DNA from: Dicyema japonicum
Lineage: Eukaryota; Animalia; Dicyemida
Length of the DNA: 64,000 nt
Assembly: GCA_011109175.1 (NCBI GenBank)
Contig: RDEW01000012.1
Span: 454,762 to 518,761, forward strand
Direction of reading: 5' to 3'
The translations under genes and the position numbers were made by a program. Position 1 is the first letter of the stretch. Every line of letters begins with the position of its first letter. Positions 23,865 through 36,291 of the stretch are shown here, piece by piece. Below the pieces are notes generated by a model. That model searched no databases. It saw nothing but the letters and a program-made list of their open reading frames with translations, and was not told the origin of the DNA.

Positions 23865-25900
23865 GTAATTTATTTAATTAAGGTTCCGCTTGTACCGTAT
23901 TTTTCTTCAGGTTATTTTTTCTTCACAATTCTCTTGACTAACTTCCTCCATGCTCCGCGGTTACAGGCAGTTATTCCGAGCATATCCAGATCATCGCCAG
24001 TTTTCAACTTTTGTCCTACATTGGTCAGGTCCTTGTGTAGAACCTCTGGCAAAGTTATGCGAGGTCTTCCACGGAACGAGGTATTCACTTCTGGGCAGAA
24101 ATAGTTATCCATCGCTATTTTGGTAGGCGTCATCGGGATCATTTGAAGGATGTGACCAAACAGACGCCATCTTGATTCCAGGATATCCAGACTCAATGGT
24201 CTTGTATTACATACTTTGTATAGATTCTTGTTTGTAATTTTTTTGGCCAGTTGATGCCAAGCAACAGTCGGAGTTGCTTACGATGGAAAACATCTAGTTT
24301 GTCCATTACCGCTTGTGAGACACCCCAGGTTGCAGCGTTGTACATTAGGACTGGTTTCACGAAGGCATTGTATAGTCTACACGTAATTGTGTGCTAATTT
24401 GTTTACGATGATTCCAGACTACTCCCATTTTTCTGATATCCTCAGCGTCTCCGAGCAACGACCCCAATTTTTTACAGTATCTCCATTTTTCATCAGTTCG
24501 GGTTAGTTCACGGCGTATGGTAGTTGTCTCCGTCTTTTCCGTATTGATTTTGATGAACCATTTTTCTAGGACATCTGGCATCCTTGTCCGTAAATAGTTT
24601 AATGTTTTCTCGTCGCTGGATAGTCGATATCATCTGCATAAATCACTTCAGTTTGAAGTAGATCGCCAATTAATAGTCTGAAGTCTCTGAGTGCCGCCTC
24701 CAGATATGTCACAAAAAGTACCGGTGACAAGGAATCTCCCTGCGGTACCCCGAACGTTGTCTCGAATGGGACAGACTCCAAATTTCCAAAACGTACACTT
24801 AGCTGCGTTGTGTTAAGTGATAGGCGGATCATTCTGACACTGTTCTCGTCAACCAACTTCTCCAAGATATCCAAAAGTCTCCCTCTGTGTATAGAGTCAA
24901 AGGCTTTGGACATTTCCATACCAATGATGCCAATAGCCCCCTTGTACTTTTGATGTGTTGCACAAAGCCATCGATGTTCCCAGACCACATCAGCTGTAGA
25001 TCTCCCTGACCTGAATCCGCTTTGACCGTGAGAGAAAGTTCTCGATGTCAGTCCAATCCTGTTCAGCACTATAAGTGATAGTGTCTTGCGTAGATAGTAC
25101 GATGGGTCTTAAATTCGTTAAGGGGCCTTTAGCTTTGCCCGGTTTTTGTAGTGCAATTAGTGTGCCATTACCCACATCCAGTGGTGAATTGTATTTGAAT
25201 GTTTTGTTGTATATCTCAGTTAATAGTTCAGAGATCTCGGTCGGTGCATATTTGAGAAGTTCTGCATTTATGTTGTCAGGGCCAGCAGCTCTATTGTTGT
25301 TCAGTTTGTCCAGGGCTTTTTTTGTTTCCAGAATCGTTATCGGAATATTTAGTTCTCGTGCTTCACCATCGAATTGTTTGATTTTTCCCCGTGGTTTTGA
25401 TTGAAGGCCTGCTGATAATAGCTGGATATGGCCGATAGAATTTCATTTTTGTTTAACATAGTCTTTCCAAACTGATCATGTATTGTGATTTTTGATGACT
25501 GCGTGTCTCTATGTAGTAAGTGAACAGCCTTGAACATCTGCGCTCCGTTTTTGAGTCTTTCTACTTCTTTAGCCATTCCAGCAAGTTTATTTTCCTTTAT
25601 TTCCCTCGTTCTTTTCTTTATTTTATACAGGGTTTGGTTCCGCATGACTCTTAGAGTGTGTTCCTTTGCCTGGTCCTGGCAGGTTTCGACCTGTAAACGT
25701 AGGTTCCTCTGCAATTTGGATAGTTCTTCAAGCTCGTGGTCATAGTACCCGTTGAAATGCTTCGGTTTTACTCCAACTGTTGAATGGGCCGCGCACTTTA
25801 TTGCATCGATGGTGTCTTGCCACAGCTCCCCAGGCATTTTTTCTTTATTCCACTGTCTGATCTTTTCTCTCAATGTATTTTGATAGCTTTCCCGAGTCGT
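23865..25900 (-). mobile_element. 5'-truncated RTE LINE, ORF2 with frameshifts
   Basis: ORFs 25349-25873, 24990-25175, 24599-25069, 24357-24581 and 23912-24196. Motifs QSGFRSGRSTAD, GVPQGDSLSP, YADD, RWRLFGHIL and RGRPRIT. Confidence 0.9.
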
Positions 25901-27429
25901 AGCTAATATGGCTCGCGTAAAAATTCAGTTTTTTTAAAAAAGCTTACTTTCCCGAAAAACACGTGTCCCCGTATAAATCAGTGAAGTTTTTTTTTAATTT
26001 TTGAAACTTAAAAATAAGTATATATTCTTTGATTAAAAATAATAAAGTAATCTTGTGTAGAGTGATGTAATGTGCACGTAACGATTGTGTGTTGGTTCAT
26101 TTCTCGCTTAATTTGTTAAATTTCTCTTTAATGCACCCCAATTTGTGAGTTGCAACTTAATGATTTGAGTGGCATATGATGATTGTAAGCAAGCCAGTCA
26201 TGATTCTGATCCATTGATGATTTGCTTTCTGATTCCACAATTTTATTCCCATTACAGCTAAGATGTTAGCACCAACTAATTTCGTGATCCCAGGGTTCAA
26301 CAAAATTAGGACAATCATCGATACAAACGACCAACTTTTTTCTACAAGAAAAATCACATGTTTTTATTTAAGAAAGTCCTCTTTATGAACTCACGAAACT
26401 ACGGGACTTAATATTATTGTAATCCCCGATATTCTTGAGGAGATATTTATATTCATGAAATGTCTTAATAGATAAGCGATCTCTTGCTTCACTTCTCAGT
26501 AATCTTGGACTCAAGACTTTGGATATACTAAGTTTTGGAACGAGGAAGTGTAACTCGATTCTCGTTTGTATGACTACTAAAAGTCAAAATCGTGATAAAA
26601 TCAAATTTTAATTTTTCTGTGAAGGTTAACATGACTAAACAGGATATTATATTAATGAAAGACATTGTTTATTCCTTCGAACTGAGATGGATAAGTCGAA
26701 CAATTACAACAAACTCATCCTTCTAACACGCAACTCTAGTGAAGTCAATTAGATAAATCTTCTACTCTGGTTGCAGTTTTCAAACTGATCGGCTTTGTCA
26801 GAAGCCGAAGATTCCTGTAAACACAAATAGGCTCACATTTCTACAAATCACAAAGAAAAGCGGTTTTTCTGAGTTCTTAGGGGTTAACAATTATTAGATT
26901 AGAATTTGAGACTAAAAATCAATAAAACGCAAACCACGTGGATTTATAATAGAAGACTTCAACCAAGTCCTTCGACTGGCTTTTGATACGGCTGGTTTCA
27001 CCTTGGTACTTGAGCCCGTCTATATGCGATATAACGTCCGTTCCTCTCACTGGAAATTTTTGTCATACTCCTTCTGTAAAAAACTCGGAATCCTCTTGTC
27101 CAATGGGGCTCTTTGTCCAATGCTGAGTATTCGAGCGGATCTCTAGAGAGGGAATAGCCACGCAGTCAGAAAGCTATGACCTTCAGATTAAGTGATTGGC
27201 ATAATTTACCGTATAAACATAATTTTAGATTTCGGTTTATCAAAGGATAAAGAACTTAAAAACTGGTAAAATTAAGTTTTTTTTAATATTTGGAGAAATG
27301 ATGAATTCTATATAAACCTAGATTTCATGATAATCCATATCATCGGGAATGGCCTATAAACAAAGACATGGTAGAATTTTGCGATATATATTATGATATC
27401 CAGTTAAGTCGTGTCCGACCCTTGGAGAT

Positions 27430-27770
27430 CTCATAAACAAGTTTCCTTCACTCTACCCGATCCGTCGCAATTTGGAGTAGCCTTGATATAGGCATTCCCG
27501 TGACGTCTTTTACCGTGGATAACCACCGAGTCTTTGGTCGACCAGGTCTTCTCTTCCAGTAATATTGCTCAGCATAATGGTTCTTTCCATGGAGTCAGAG
27601 CGGGCAACATGCCCAATGAACGCCAATCTGTGTTTTACGATTCTTCCTTCTAGCGAAATGTCCGTCTCGCCCGTTTGAGTTTATCGGTGTTTGTTACTTT
27701 GGAAGTCCAAGGGATTCTTAGCAACCTTTTCCAGCACCACAGTTCAAAAGCATCAATTTTTCGTCTATCA
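27430..27770 (-). mobile_element. RTE (BovB-like) LINE 3' end
   Basis: Reverse strand reads RKIDAFELWCWKRLLRIPWT..RLAFIGHVAR..GRPKTRW. Confidence 0.75.
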
Positions 27771-28624
27771 ATATCCATGATTCTGCGCTGTATAGAAAAA
27801 CCGGGAAACACAATTGCATTTTGCGATATAAACTTTAAAAAAAAGTAGAGTCCCCATATCGAAAATGTAATTACGAAATGTGAAAAAACTAATTAAGTGT
27901 CTATCTGGATTATGGAAGATAGGAAATAGTCGTATTCTGAATTTTACTTGAAACCAATTCATTCAACCATGCATTTTTATGCAAATGACTTCTGAGGTCT
28001 ATTCATTTCTTGGACAAATGTCTTGAAGATCGAGGCTAGTCGAAAAAGAGCCTCCAAATTTACGGAACGATGGACTTTGGAGAGTCCCAGCTTCCGATGC
28101 ATCTAGAATCCATAATATGTATCAACCGTGGAACGTGCTGTCGTGACTACAAAGATCCAGTCATTCTGTCGATAAGTGCTTGTGGGTAATGTGTTGCGCA
28201 ACACAAACTGCGAATTCAACTCGCGGTACTTGTCCCGTGGAAAAATGAATTCGGGGGATCCATATTCCCGGGAGGCCAACCAGTCAAATGAAATGGTCTC
28301 TCAAATACGTGAACTGTAGTGGAGAGGACAAAGGGTGAGCCACATCAAGTATCCCTTGTACCAGAAGGCTATAGACCAGGTACTACAGGAGAGAAAACTA
28401 ACACCCTCCCTTGTGGTGGTTAGTAATGTAGGTACTATACATCAAATGGTAAAGAGATTCTTGAACATTGCATTTCTTTTGTTACTCCTCCAAAAATAAT
28501 TATGTAGTTACATAACAAAATAATGTATTTTAGAAATATTTTAATATAATTTATATTAGTTATTGGTTAAGACGGGTGTTTATTTGGCTTAAATAATAAA
28601 ATAATATTTAAATTTTATTACTTC

Positions 28625-28905
28625 GCCGAGTGGTGCTATGTGGTACGTGGCTAATTGGTTGATGTTTTCTGTTTGTTTTGTATGTTCTTCTTCTTTCCTC
28701 TTCCTATTAGAGCTGCGTCATGTGATCCACCTCTCTAGGTGGCCCAGTTTCAGGGTGGTACGAAAAAGGATCATTTGCTCTCCCAACTCCTAGACGCCTT
28801 TTACCCTTTATGCTGATTCCGGATGGACTCTGTTTCTATAGAAGTGAAACTGGATACACTTAACTAGTTGTTTACTTTAACCTCGTTCTCTGTGTATCCG
28901 TGGAG
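28625..28905 (+). mobile_element. Short retroposon family B copy with internal deletion
   Basis: Shares GTGGCTAATTGGTTGA, CGTCATGTGATCCACC, AAAAGGATCATTTGCTCTCCC and GATTCCGGATGGACTCTG. Confidence 0.8.
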
Positions 28906-29735
28906 ATTCAGATCTTATAGACCATTAACCATCGTAAACTACATTTACGTGTATTAAAAATTGTCTGGATGATCAGGTTCACAATTGATTTTACCACATT
29001 AGACACGTGAGATTATGTATAAAGTTGTGGATGAAATTCTCTGAAGAACGATAAATTGAAAGAGAAGGAAAGGGAAATCGAAGTACTTCTAGGTCCTCTC
29101 ATATCATTGATTCGCGTCGAGGTTTTCTTATAGTAGATACAAATATTGACGAAACCATTGGAAATAACGTGCAATTTGAAAAAAGTGAGGAGGGATTTGT
29201 TTATGCAACCACGTGTAGGAGGATGTCAAGATTCCGAACGTTGTGATAGACGAGGATGATAGTGAGGAAGAAAACAGCCTTCCAGAAATCATACTTAAAC
29301 GAACTGTAGTTATTTGTGTCTTATAAAGGCTGAAACTACACAATTTCGGTAAAGAAGGCTTCTCTTCATCTACGTGACGTTTTTAGGGATCATTGATGAC
29401 CCCACGTCTGTGACAAGAGTAATTTTTTCTTGCGTCTGAGGGTTGTCCTATATTTGCATTCGAATCCCTGCAAAATCAAAATTGGAGATAAACCATTAGA
29501 TATTTCTTTGGACACTAAACTATGGCATAAATGTTTCAATTCACATTTTTCATTTTGTGGTTTCAATAGATATCCCAATGATCTCAACTACTTTGTCACC
29601 CAGAAACCAGTGGTTGACAGGAAGTTAACATTCAAAGCGGACTCTTCCAGGGATCCATTTGATGTTGCGCAGAACTCGAAGGTAAACCAAAAAAATTAAC
29701 TCAAGGTGGAAAACATGATGAATGGTTGGTTAAAG

Positions 29736-30900
29736 CAGTGGTTCCCGACCTTAAGGTGGTCGCGGAACCCTTTTGCAAAACCCTTGCAATTCAATTATTA
29801 CAAATTAATTTGATTTGAACATTGAGGTAATTTTTTATCATAGTTTTGTAACGTTATGAGTTATTGTTGACAACTGTATCCTCATATCAGCGAACGCATT
29901 AAGTTTATTTCTATATTTTGTTTTGTATATATTGAAAACCCCGACTCGCATAAGTAAATCGTTGGAAAAAGTAATAGTTACCTTAACTTTGAACCCAATC
30001 GTCATCAAATTTACCCGGAAAATATTAAGCAATGTCCAAAATCACCAAATAATCTTTGATGTCCTGAAGAACTTTATCGTCCAATGCTGATTTTGATTCA
30101 TCGAGATACTCTCGCAAAACGGCAAAGCATGCAATATTATTTTTATCTACGGATGATCCCCAAAATTCAATCACAATATTTTAAATAGATGAGATTGGAG
30201 AGGTCTTTTTTAATATAATTAAAAAATTTGGATGGCATCTTCCAAAATTTCACTCAATGAAAAGGAAATATTCTCCGACACCAGAGCATGACGGTGAAGA
30301 GTGCAATGACTAGTAGTACAATTAGGAGCCATCTCTAACGATTGGCACGTCAACATGTCTTCTTCAATAATATCGTCAAATGGGTATCGAACGAAAACCA
30401 ATAAAGCTGCCAATCCTTCAACGTCAGTAGAATCATCAATTTGAATGGCAAAAACCATTAGAATTATTTCAATATTTTCCGAAAGTTCCTGAATTCGCCT
30501 TGAAATAGTATTATTTGACAAAGGAACAAGATACAGTTTCTTAGACATTTGTTCGCCATAAATACACTTGATGATTTTTTTGAACATGCTTTATAAGATT
30601 TTTGGCAATTGTAGGTGCCTCTACACAACGAGTTACAAGATAACCCACCTGTTTAATTAAAATAATTATATACTTCATGGTAGATTTAAGTTGTCGTCTT
30701 TAGAAAAATTGGACATTTCCAACTTACACCTTGTAGATGCATGTAATTTGTTTTGAAAAAAGGAAATATCTTTATCCTTTAAATGAGGATGTTTCATCGA
30801 TAAATGTCTTGATATTTCGGCAAGAGCAAGAGATGTGTTAGGTATTACATAATGGGATATCACACATTCTGCCGTATGCGTTAAATCAGACCCATTCTAA
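29736..30900 (-). mobile_element. Decayed Charlie/Buster (ZBED5-like) hAT transposon
   Basis: CAGTGGTTCCC end at 29736. Transposase motifs RHLSMKHP, VPLSNNTISRRI, FAIQIDDSTD, LLVFVRY and HCTLHRHAL. Confidence 0.85.
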
Positions 30901-31139
30901 GAAAACCCATACAAGAGGTAGCTTTCATCATATTTTCTTTTCTATAATTATAAAAAACCTTTTGTGAATATTTTTGGAATCTCTTATACAATTATTGTTT
31001 CTCATTAAAAAATTTATAAAATTGACTAATACGTTCTTGAAGAAAAAAAAGTGAACGAACAGAAAAAGTGTGAAGAGAAAGTTTCCAAGATCTAATAACA
31101 TCACACACATTATACCTAAAAGATTGGATCTGATTTTCT

Positions 31140-33170
31140 CTTCGTGCGGTTGTTGCAATGCACGGAAGTATGCACTTTTCCATATCGGATGTGTAAAGAT
31201 GTCTCAGCGGGCTGCATACTCGTTCTGCTTATGGACCTGCAGTTTCTGCATGGGCACAGGTCAGAAGACCCAGACCATCATATCAAACGACCCCGTCAAA
31301 TAAAATGAGACGTTGGATTTCAACGATGCGGACTCCCTCTTGTTTTCTTGTCGGAGCAAAGGAAAGCCAAGAAGATTCCACTCAAGATCCCGAGACCTGT
31401 CCGGATCCCCGCAGCTACATGGCTGGCTTCCGCAATAGACGATGCACTCACGTCCAACAACCAAGAGGCCTGTTTAAACTTCTCGATGTTGCCCCGCAAC
31501 ACCTGAAGTGTTCGAACAACTCAGACGAAAACATCCCCGCCCATTCGTACTCCCTGGAAAATTGCCAAGGACGACCGTCACGGAAGTCGAAGTGCGGCGC
31601 GGCATTTCGTCGTTCGCGGCAAGTAGCAGTGGAGGTCTCAATGGCTTGCGGTCAGGTTACAGGGGCTACTGCAGAAGCTGGCTGCAACCTTGTCAAATCA
31701 ATTACAAAACTGGTTATGAGAATCTTGAACGGGGATATTCCTCCTCACACAAGGGAGCTTCTTTTCAGTGCACATCTAATGGCCTTTAAAAAACCCATAG
31801 GTGTTGGTCCTCCCCATTACTGTCGGCAACTATTTCAGAAGGCAGACAGCTAAAATCGCATGCATTATTGTTTGTCCGAGAATATCTGAAAAATTTCCCT
31901 CCTCCGACTAGGGATCGATGTAAGGAACGGATGCGAGCGGCGGTGCATGCTACGAAGTGCTTTTTTGGACAGAAAGACGAACAAAGTCCACACACTGGGG
32001 TTAAGCTAGACATCTGCAATGCCTTCAATTCATTATGAGGGATTCAATTTTCGAAACTGCAATAAAACGAGCCCAGGAACTTATTCCACTTGTCTACCTC
32101 GCTTACGGAACCAACTCCACTTGTTTTCGCGGAAAGATTATCTGTTCGGAGACTGGAATCCAACAAGAGGACCCACTTGGATTACTTCTCTTCGCTCTGA
32201 CCATCGATGAAATTGTTCGTTCTATCAACACAGAACTAAAACTCTGGTATCTTGATGATGCCACGATTGGAGGGCCGTGGAGAAAAGTTCACGACATTCT
32301 GTCACATGGCGTGGCGGCACTACGAAACCTCGTACTTGAGATAAATGAAGGAGCTAATAAATATCACATACTCGGAGAGTGATTTCATCAACCTGGTCGA
32401 GACCTTCAACTCGGTACTACCTGAAATTACTGTCGTGCATAGGAAGCGGATACTTTTTGGTGTCCACTTGAGGAAAAACTGCTGAGCCATCTACTAACAA
32501 AGGAGGATGAACTTTCTAGAGTTACGGAGAAAATCTCTTTACTCATGCTTATACAGCGTTCTTCCTTTTGAAAAATAGCATCGGCTTGCCCAAACTCCGT
32601 TGTTCTTCCTGCTTCAAACACGTGACATCCTCTTGTCACTGGATAGGACATTGAGAAAATCAGCCGAATTGCTTCTAAACATCCACTTTGACATGCCGAG
32701 TTGGAATCAATGCAAGCTTCCTACACGCCTCGAGGCACGGGTCTCAGGTCGGCGCTAGAGATCGCCTTTCCAGCATTTCTGTCATCGCTCTCAAGTGGAA
32801 GTCTTTTGGTCCAAGATTTCATACGTTTTCCAACCAGACTTTCTTAGTACATAGTCTTAGACGAATTGTGTGAAACTGGTTTGGATACGCCGAACGATCC
32901 TTCGAAGCAATGCAGCAGGGATGATAGCTACTCCAAGAATATCTTCGACGTGCTAAAGTCTGAGGCTAATTAGCATCATCTTGCATGCCTCGAGTCCGCC
33001 GCCAACCATGAGCGGAGCATAGCTGGATGCACTCCCTTGTTCCTCTCTGGGGACCCTATTAACAAAGACTTTATTCAGATTGGGATCGCACAGCGCCTGG
33101 GAGTTGATATCTGCATCGTACACCAATTCCGTTGTGGAGGGATCATCGATGCCATTTTTTTAAGAATGAA
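31140..33170 (+). mobile_element. Decayed CRE-clade (RLE-type) LINE
   Basis: SSSGGLNGLR, RELLFSAHLMAFKKP, VKLDICNAFNS, GIQQEDPLGLLLF, WYLDD and a C-terminal RCGG zinc-finger remnant, with many frameshifts. Confidence 0.8.
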
Positions 33171-33455
33171 TATATGATTAAGAACGGCCTGACGGAATTC
33201 CGTCCGAGGAAAAAAGCCACTGGTATATCCTAATGTGGTTTGTTTTTCGTGTATGATCTCAAAATACTTGTCCAAAGAAATCGGTTGGTATATTGAATAT
33301 AAAGGGAGCTATATTCTCGAGTTATGGACTCAATTCTCGAAAATGCTAAGAAATTCAGTTAATTTGGTCCACCAATGAGTATGCCCTTCCATCTCAATTG
33401 GATTCATCGACAAATACGCCTACTTATTACTTTGAAATGAAGACAGATTGTGTTC

Positions 33456-33921
33456 TCAATTGAATTTAAACGTGGGAGAGACTTTACTTTGGTTACTTTT
33501 AAAGCTGAGCCAACGTTCTTTCAATTCCTTAACAGTTTGAAGAAGTCGGCATTCTGCTCGAGCAGGTCGGGGATCCCACGAGTGATCAAAACGAATAAAT
33601 TGCAATTGGAAACTTCTAAGTATTTCACAAACAGCATTTATCGGATACAATCTGCATTATTTATGTTCTGAGGTACTTGCATTTCTCCAGAAAATGTAGG
33701 GAGATAAACAAAGTTGAGAGGACTTTATTGATGCTGTGTTTCCCCTCAACCGCTGGATGAACCATCGCATTTGCTTCTGAGTGAGGTAATCGTTCTTGAA
33801 GATCAGGGAATTGCTCTTTATCGATCCTGTTGTTTGTGTATAATAAAATGATATAACCCTTACTGAAATTGGAATTATGCCACAGGATCACCTCGAACAA
33901 GTTGAAATTGATTAATATCAC
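33456..33921 (-). CDS. Hypothetical multi-exon gene
   Basis: A 25-nt GTAC..CAG intron (33652-33676) removes a stop and joins ORF 33661-33921 in frame to ORF 33456-33650 (FLEKCK-LYPINAV). Confidence 0.4.
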
Positions 33922-34305
33922 TATGACCCTCTTGTCGACGTGTTTTCGTTTTTACGACTCTCAAGTGAAGATGCTCATGATCTGAGATGGAGTTGCTTCT
34001 AAGTGGTTCATGAATTATATTGATAAGTTGTCTATTGAAGGAGAAACGAGGACATTATCAGTCGTATTGAGGAAATCTCTAATGAGTAGAGAACTCAAGT
34101 ATAGAATGAAGGTGTCTGATGGAGAGTTCATCTCTGCCTCCAACCAACTTGTGGAACTGGCGCCCAATAATTATTGATATGGTTCAACCCCACCATAAAC
34201 GGTGCGAGAAAGAAGCACCTAGGCCATCAAACACTGGAACTATTAGCCTATAATTTAAACATATCCATCAACACGAACACAATCCCTGAAATATGTAAGA
34301 AGTCC

Positions 34306-35225
34306 CTAATCAAACCTATTCGAATTTTCAGGCATTTTCTCTCCTATTTTACCCAAAACTGCACAAACCATGTGTTTTGAGCTTTTCAACCAATTCTTGC
34401 AATTCATTATCGGAAGACATGGCCCGCATAAAGTTGGAAATTTGGTCGAGACCAATATAGTCGGGAGTTCTCTTCTTTCCTTTATTTCCATGCTGTAATT
34501 TTGTACCAGTAAACATATAAAATTTTCTTCCATGGTTAGGTAGATTTCCCCTGCCTTTCCTTCTCGAAGTAAATGCAAGTAAGGTTCGATTTTCACGTTT
34601 GTCTTATAAATATCAAATATTCTAGTAATTAAAAATTCGTATTCTGGGTAGACATTCCACATGAAGACAGAGCCATCGTGTGATCCTGAAGTGGCACGTA
34701 TCGTTTGCTTCAGGACAGGAACTTGTTATTGAGCCTTATCTGATAAAATTCCGCCCCCAGCTATGAGAAGACGCTCAAAACCCTTCCTGGTTTCAGAAAT
34801 AACTATGAGATCACAGATCCAACCATCAAAGGCTTTGACCTCTTAGGAAATCAAAGCCATCAGCATATACGTGATTTTACGTATCTACGCCAGTAATCCA
34901 CCGAATTTGCCAGTCTCTGCTCGTTCGGATTTAATTTATTATGAGAGTTCCCCAACTGGTGACTCAATTCCTATGAAATCAACAAAATGTAGACTTCAAT
35001 AATAAACGAGGCGGATTGGCATGCATAAACAAAAGATATTTTACCCCCGGCAATGCACGACGTAGTCTCCATGTTCGTGGAGAGGGAACCGGCAATCAAA
35101 TGCGTGCAGTCCTCCACATATTGTTCCGTGTCTAAAATTACCCCTCCGAGACTTCTGAAGACATTTCCACAAAATTCCTTTTCCTGAGAGGACATTAGGA
35201 GAAAATGAACACATATTTATTATTC
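34306..35225 (-). CDS. TOPBP1: TopBP1-like C-terminal BRCT7/8 pair (gene segment or pseudogene)
   Basis: KYVFIFS..SQEKEFC..LGGVILDTEQYVEDCTHLIAG..IAGGK, then RLANSVDYWRR..AFDGW..GFERLLIAGGG and PEY. Introns 34971-34994 (24 nt) and 34842-34870 (29 nt). The model needs one extra base at 35198-35199 and a GC-AG intron 34708-34734. Confidence 0.7.
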
Positions 35226-36291
35226 CTCTCTCCAATTCACTCAGATTCTGGACTACATGTAACCTACAACCTTACTGAATGTCCCTGAGTAGTCCAACAC
35301 CAAGGAATCAGAATTACTATCCTTCATCGATGTGGAGAACCGTTCAGGTTCTTTTTCTGCCAATTCGTCCCTTGGTTGGTTCACTACAACTAACTACAAT
35401 TCGCAATACAAGAACACCTATTCGAAAAGGAGACAAACTTACATCCCCTGACCTCTCCTTATGTTCCCCATCAATGTTTCCCCTCATCAACTGGACTGTA
35501 AAATATGAACTAAGAAGTGATCACAACCCTATTAGATGAAAATAAACACTGAAAATAAATTTATCAGACAGAATTCCATTTTTTTAAATTTTGAAAGCGC
35601 GTACTGGTCCAACTTCTCTAATTACATTGACACCAATATGGAAGTATTTTACACATTGGTATTCTCATCAATTGACCACATGATCAAAACTTTCACGGAC
35701 ATTATACTCAAAGCAAGAAAAGTATTTATTCCAATGCTATCAAACAAGGAATACCTATTATAATATGCATACAAAAACACTTATCAGAGAAATAAATTAA
35801 TTAAAGAGGTAAATGGATTTATCAAATAACGATTTCCAAAAAATGAAAACCTTAAATATACAAATTACCCAATCTAGAATCAAGAAGCGATAGACATCAC
35901 TTATTGATTCTCTATCGCCAAATACATCCGAGACGCTGATATGGAAGAAAATTAAATATTTGAGACATTGCAATGAAGGCTCTGAGAAAGCCCTCCACGG
36001 ACAGGGATGTAGCAACATGGACCCAAATATTTTAATGAAGCACTATGTCGCAATCAGTCATAAAAATTTCTCGAGGGAACAGAGTCTACAAGAAGTTGTA
36101 TCCATCATATGATTAGATTGTCTTTACTCCACAAAAAGTTCGAAACGAAATCATGGATGCCAAAAACTCCCGTTCCCGAGGTGCTGACAATGTCTCGATG
36201 ATGGAACTGAAACACCTTGGTGAAAAAGCAACCGAATTCCTATCAAACGTTTATACTCTATCTTTGAACAATAATATGATACCTTCTATAT

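Noticed and set aside
28000-28450. Possible Gypsy integrase relics (also 60840-60960)
   Set aside because: Only a few degenerate residues match, and no LTRs or RT are linked to them.
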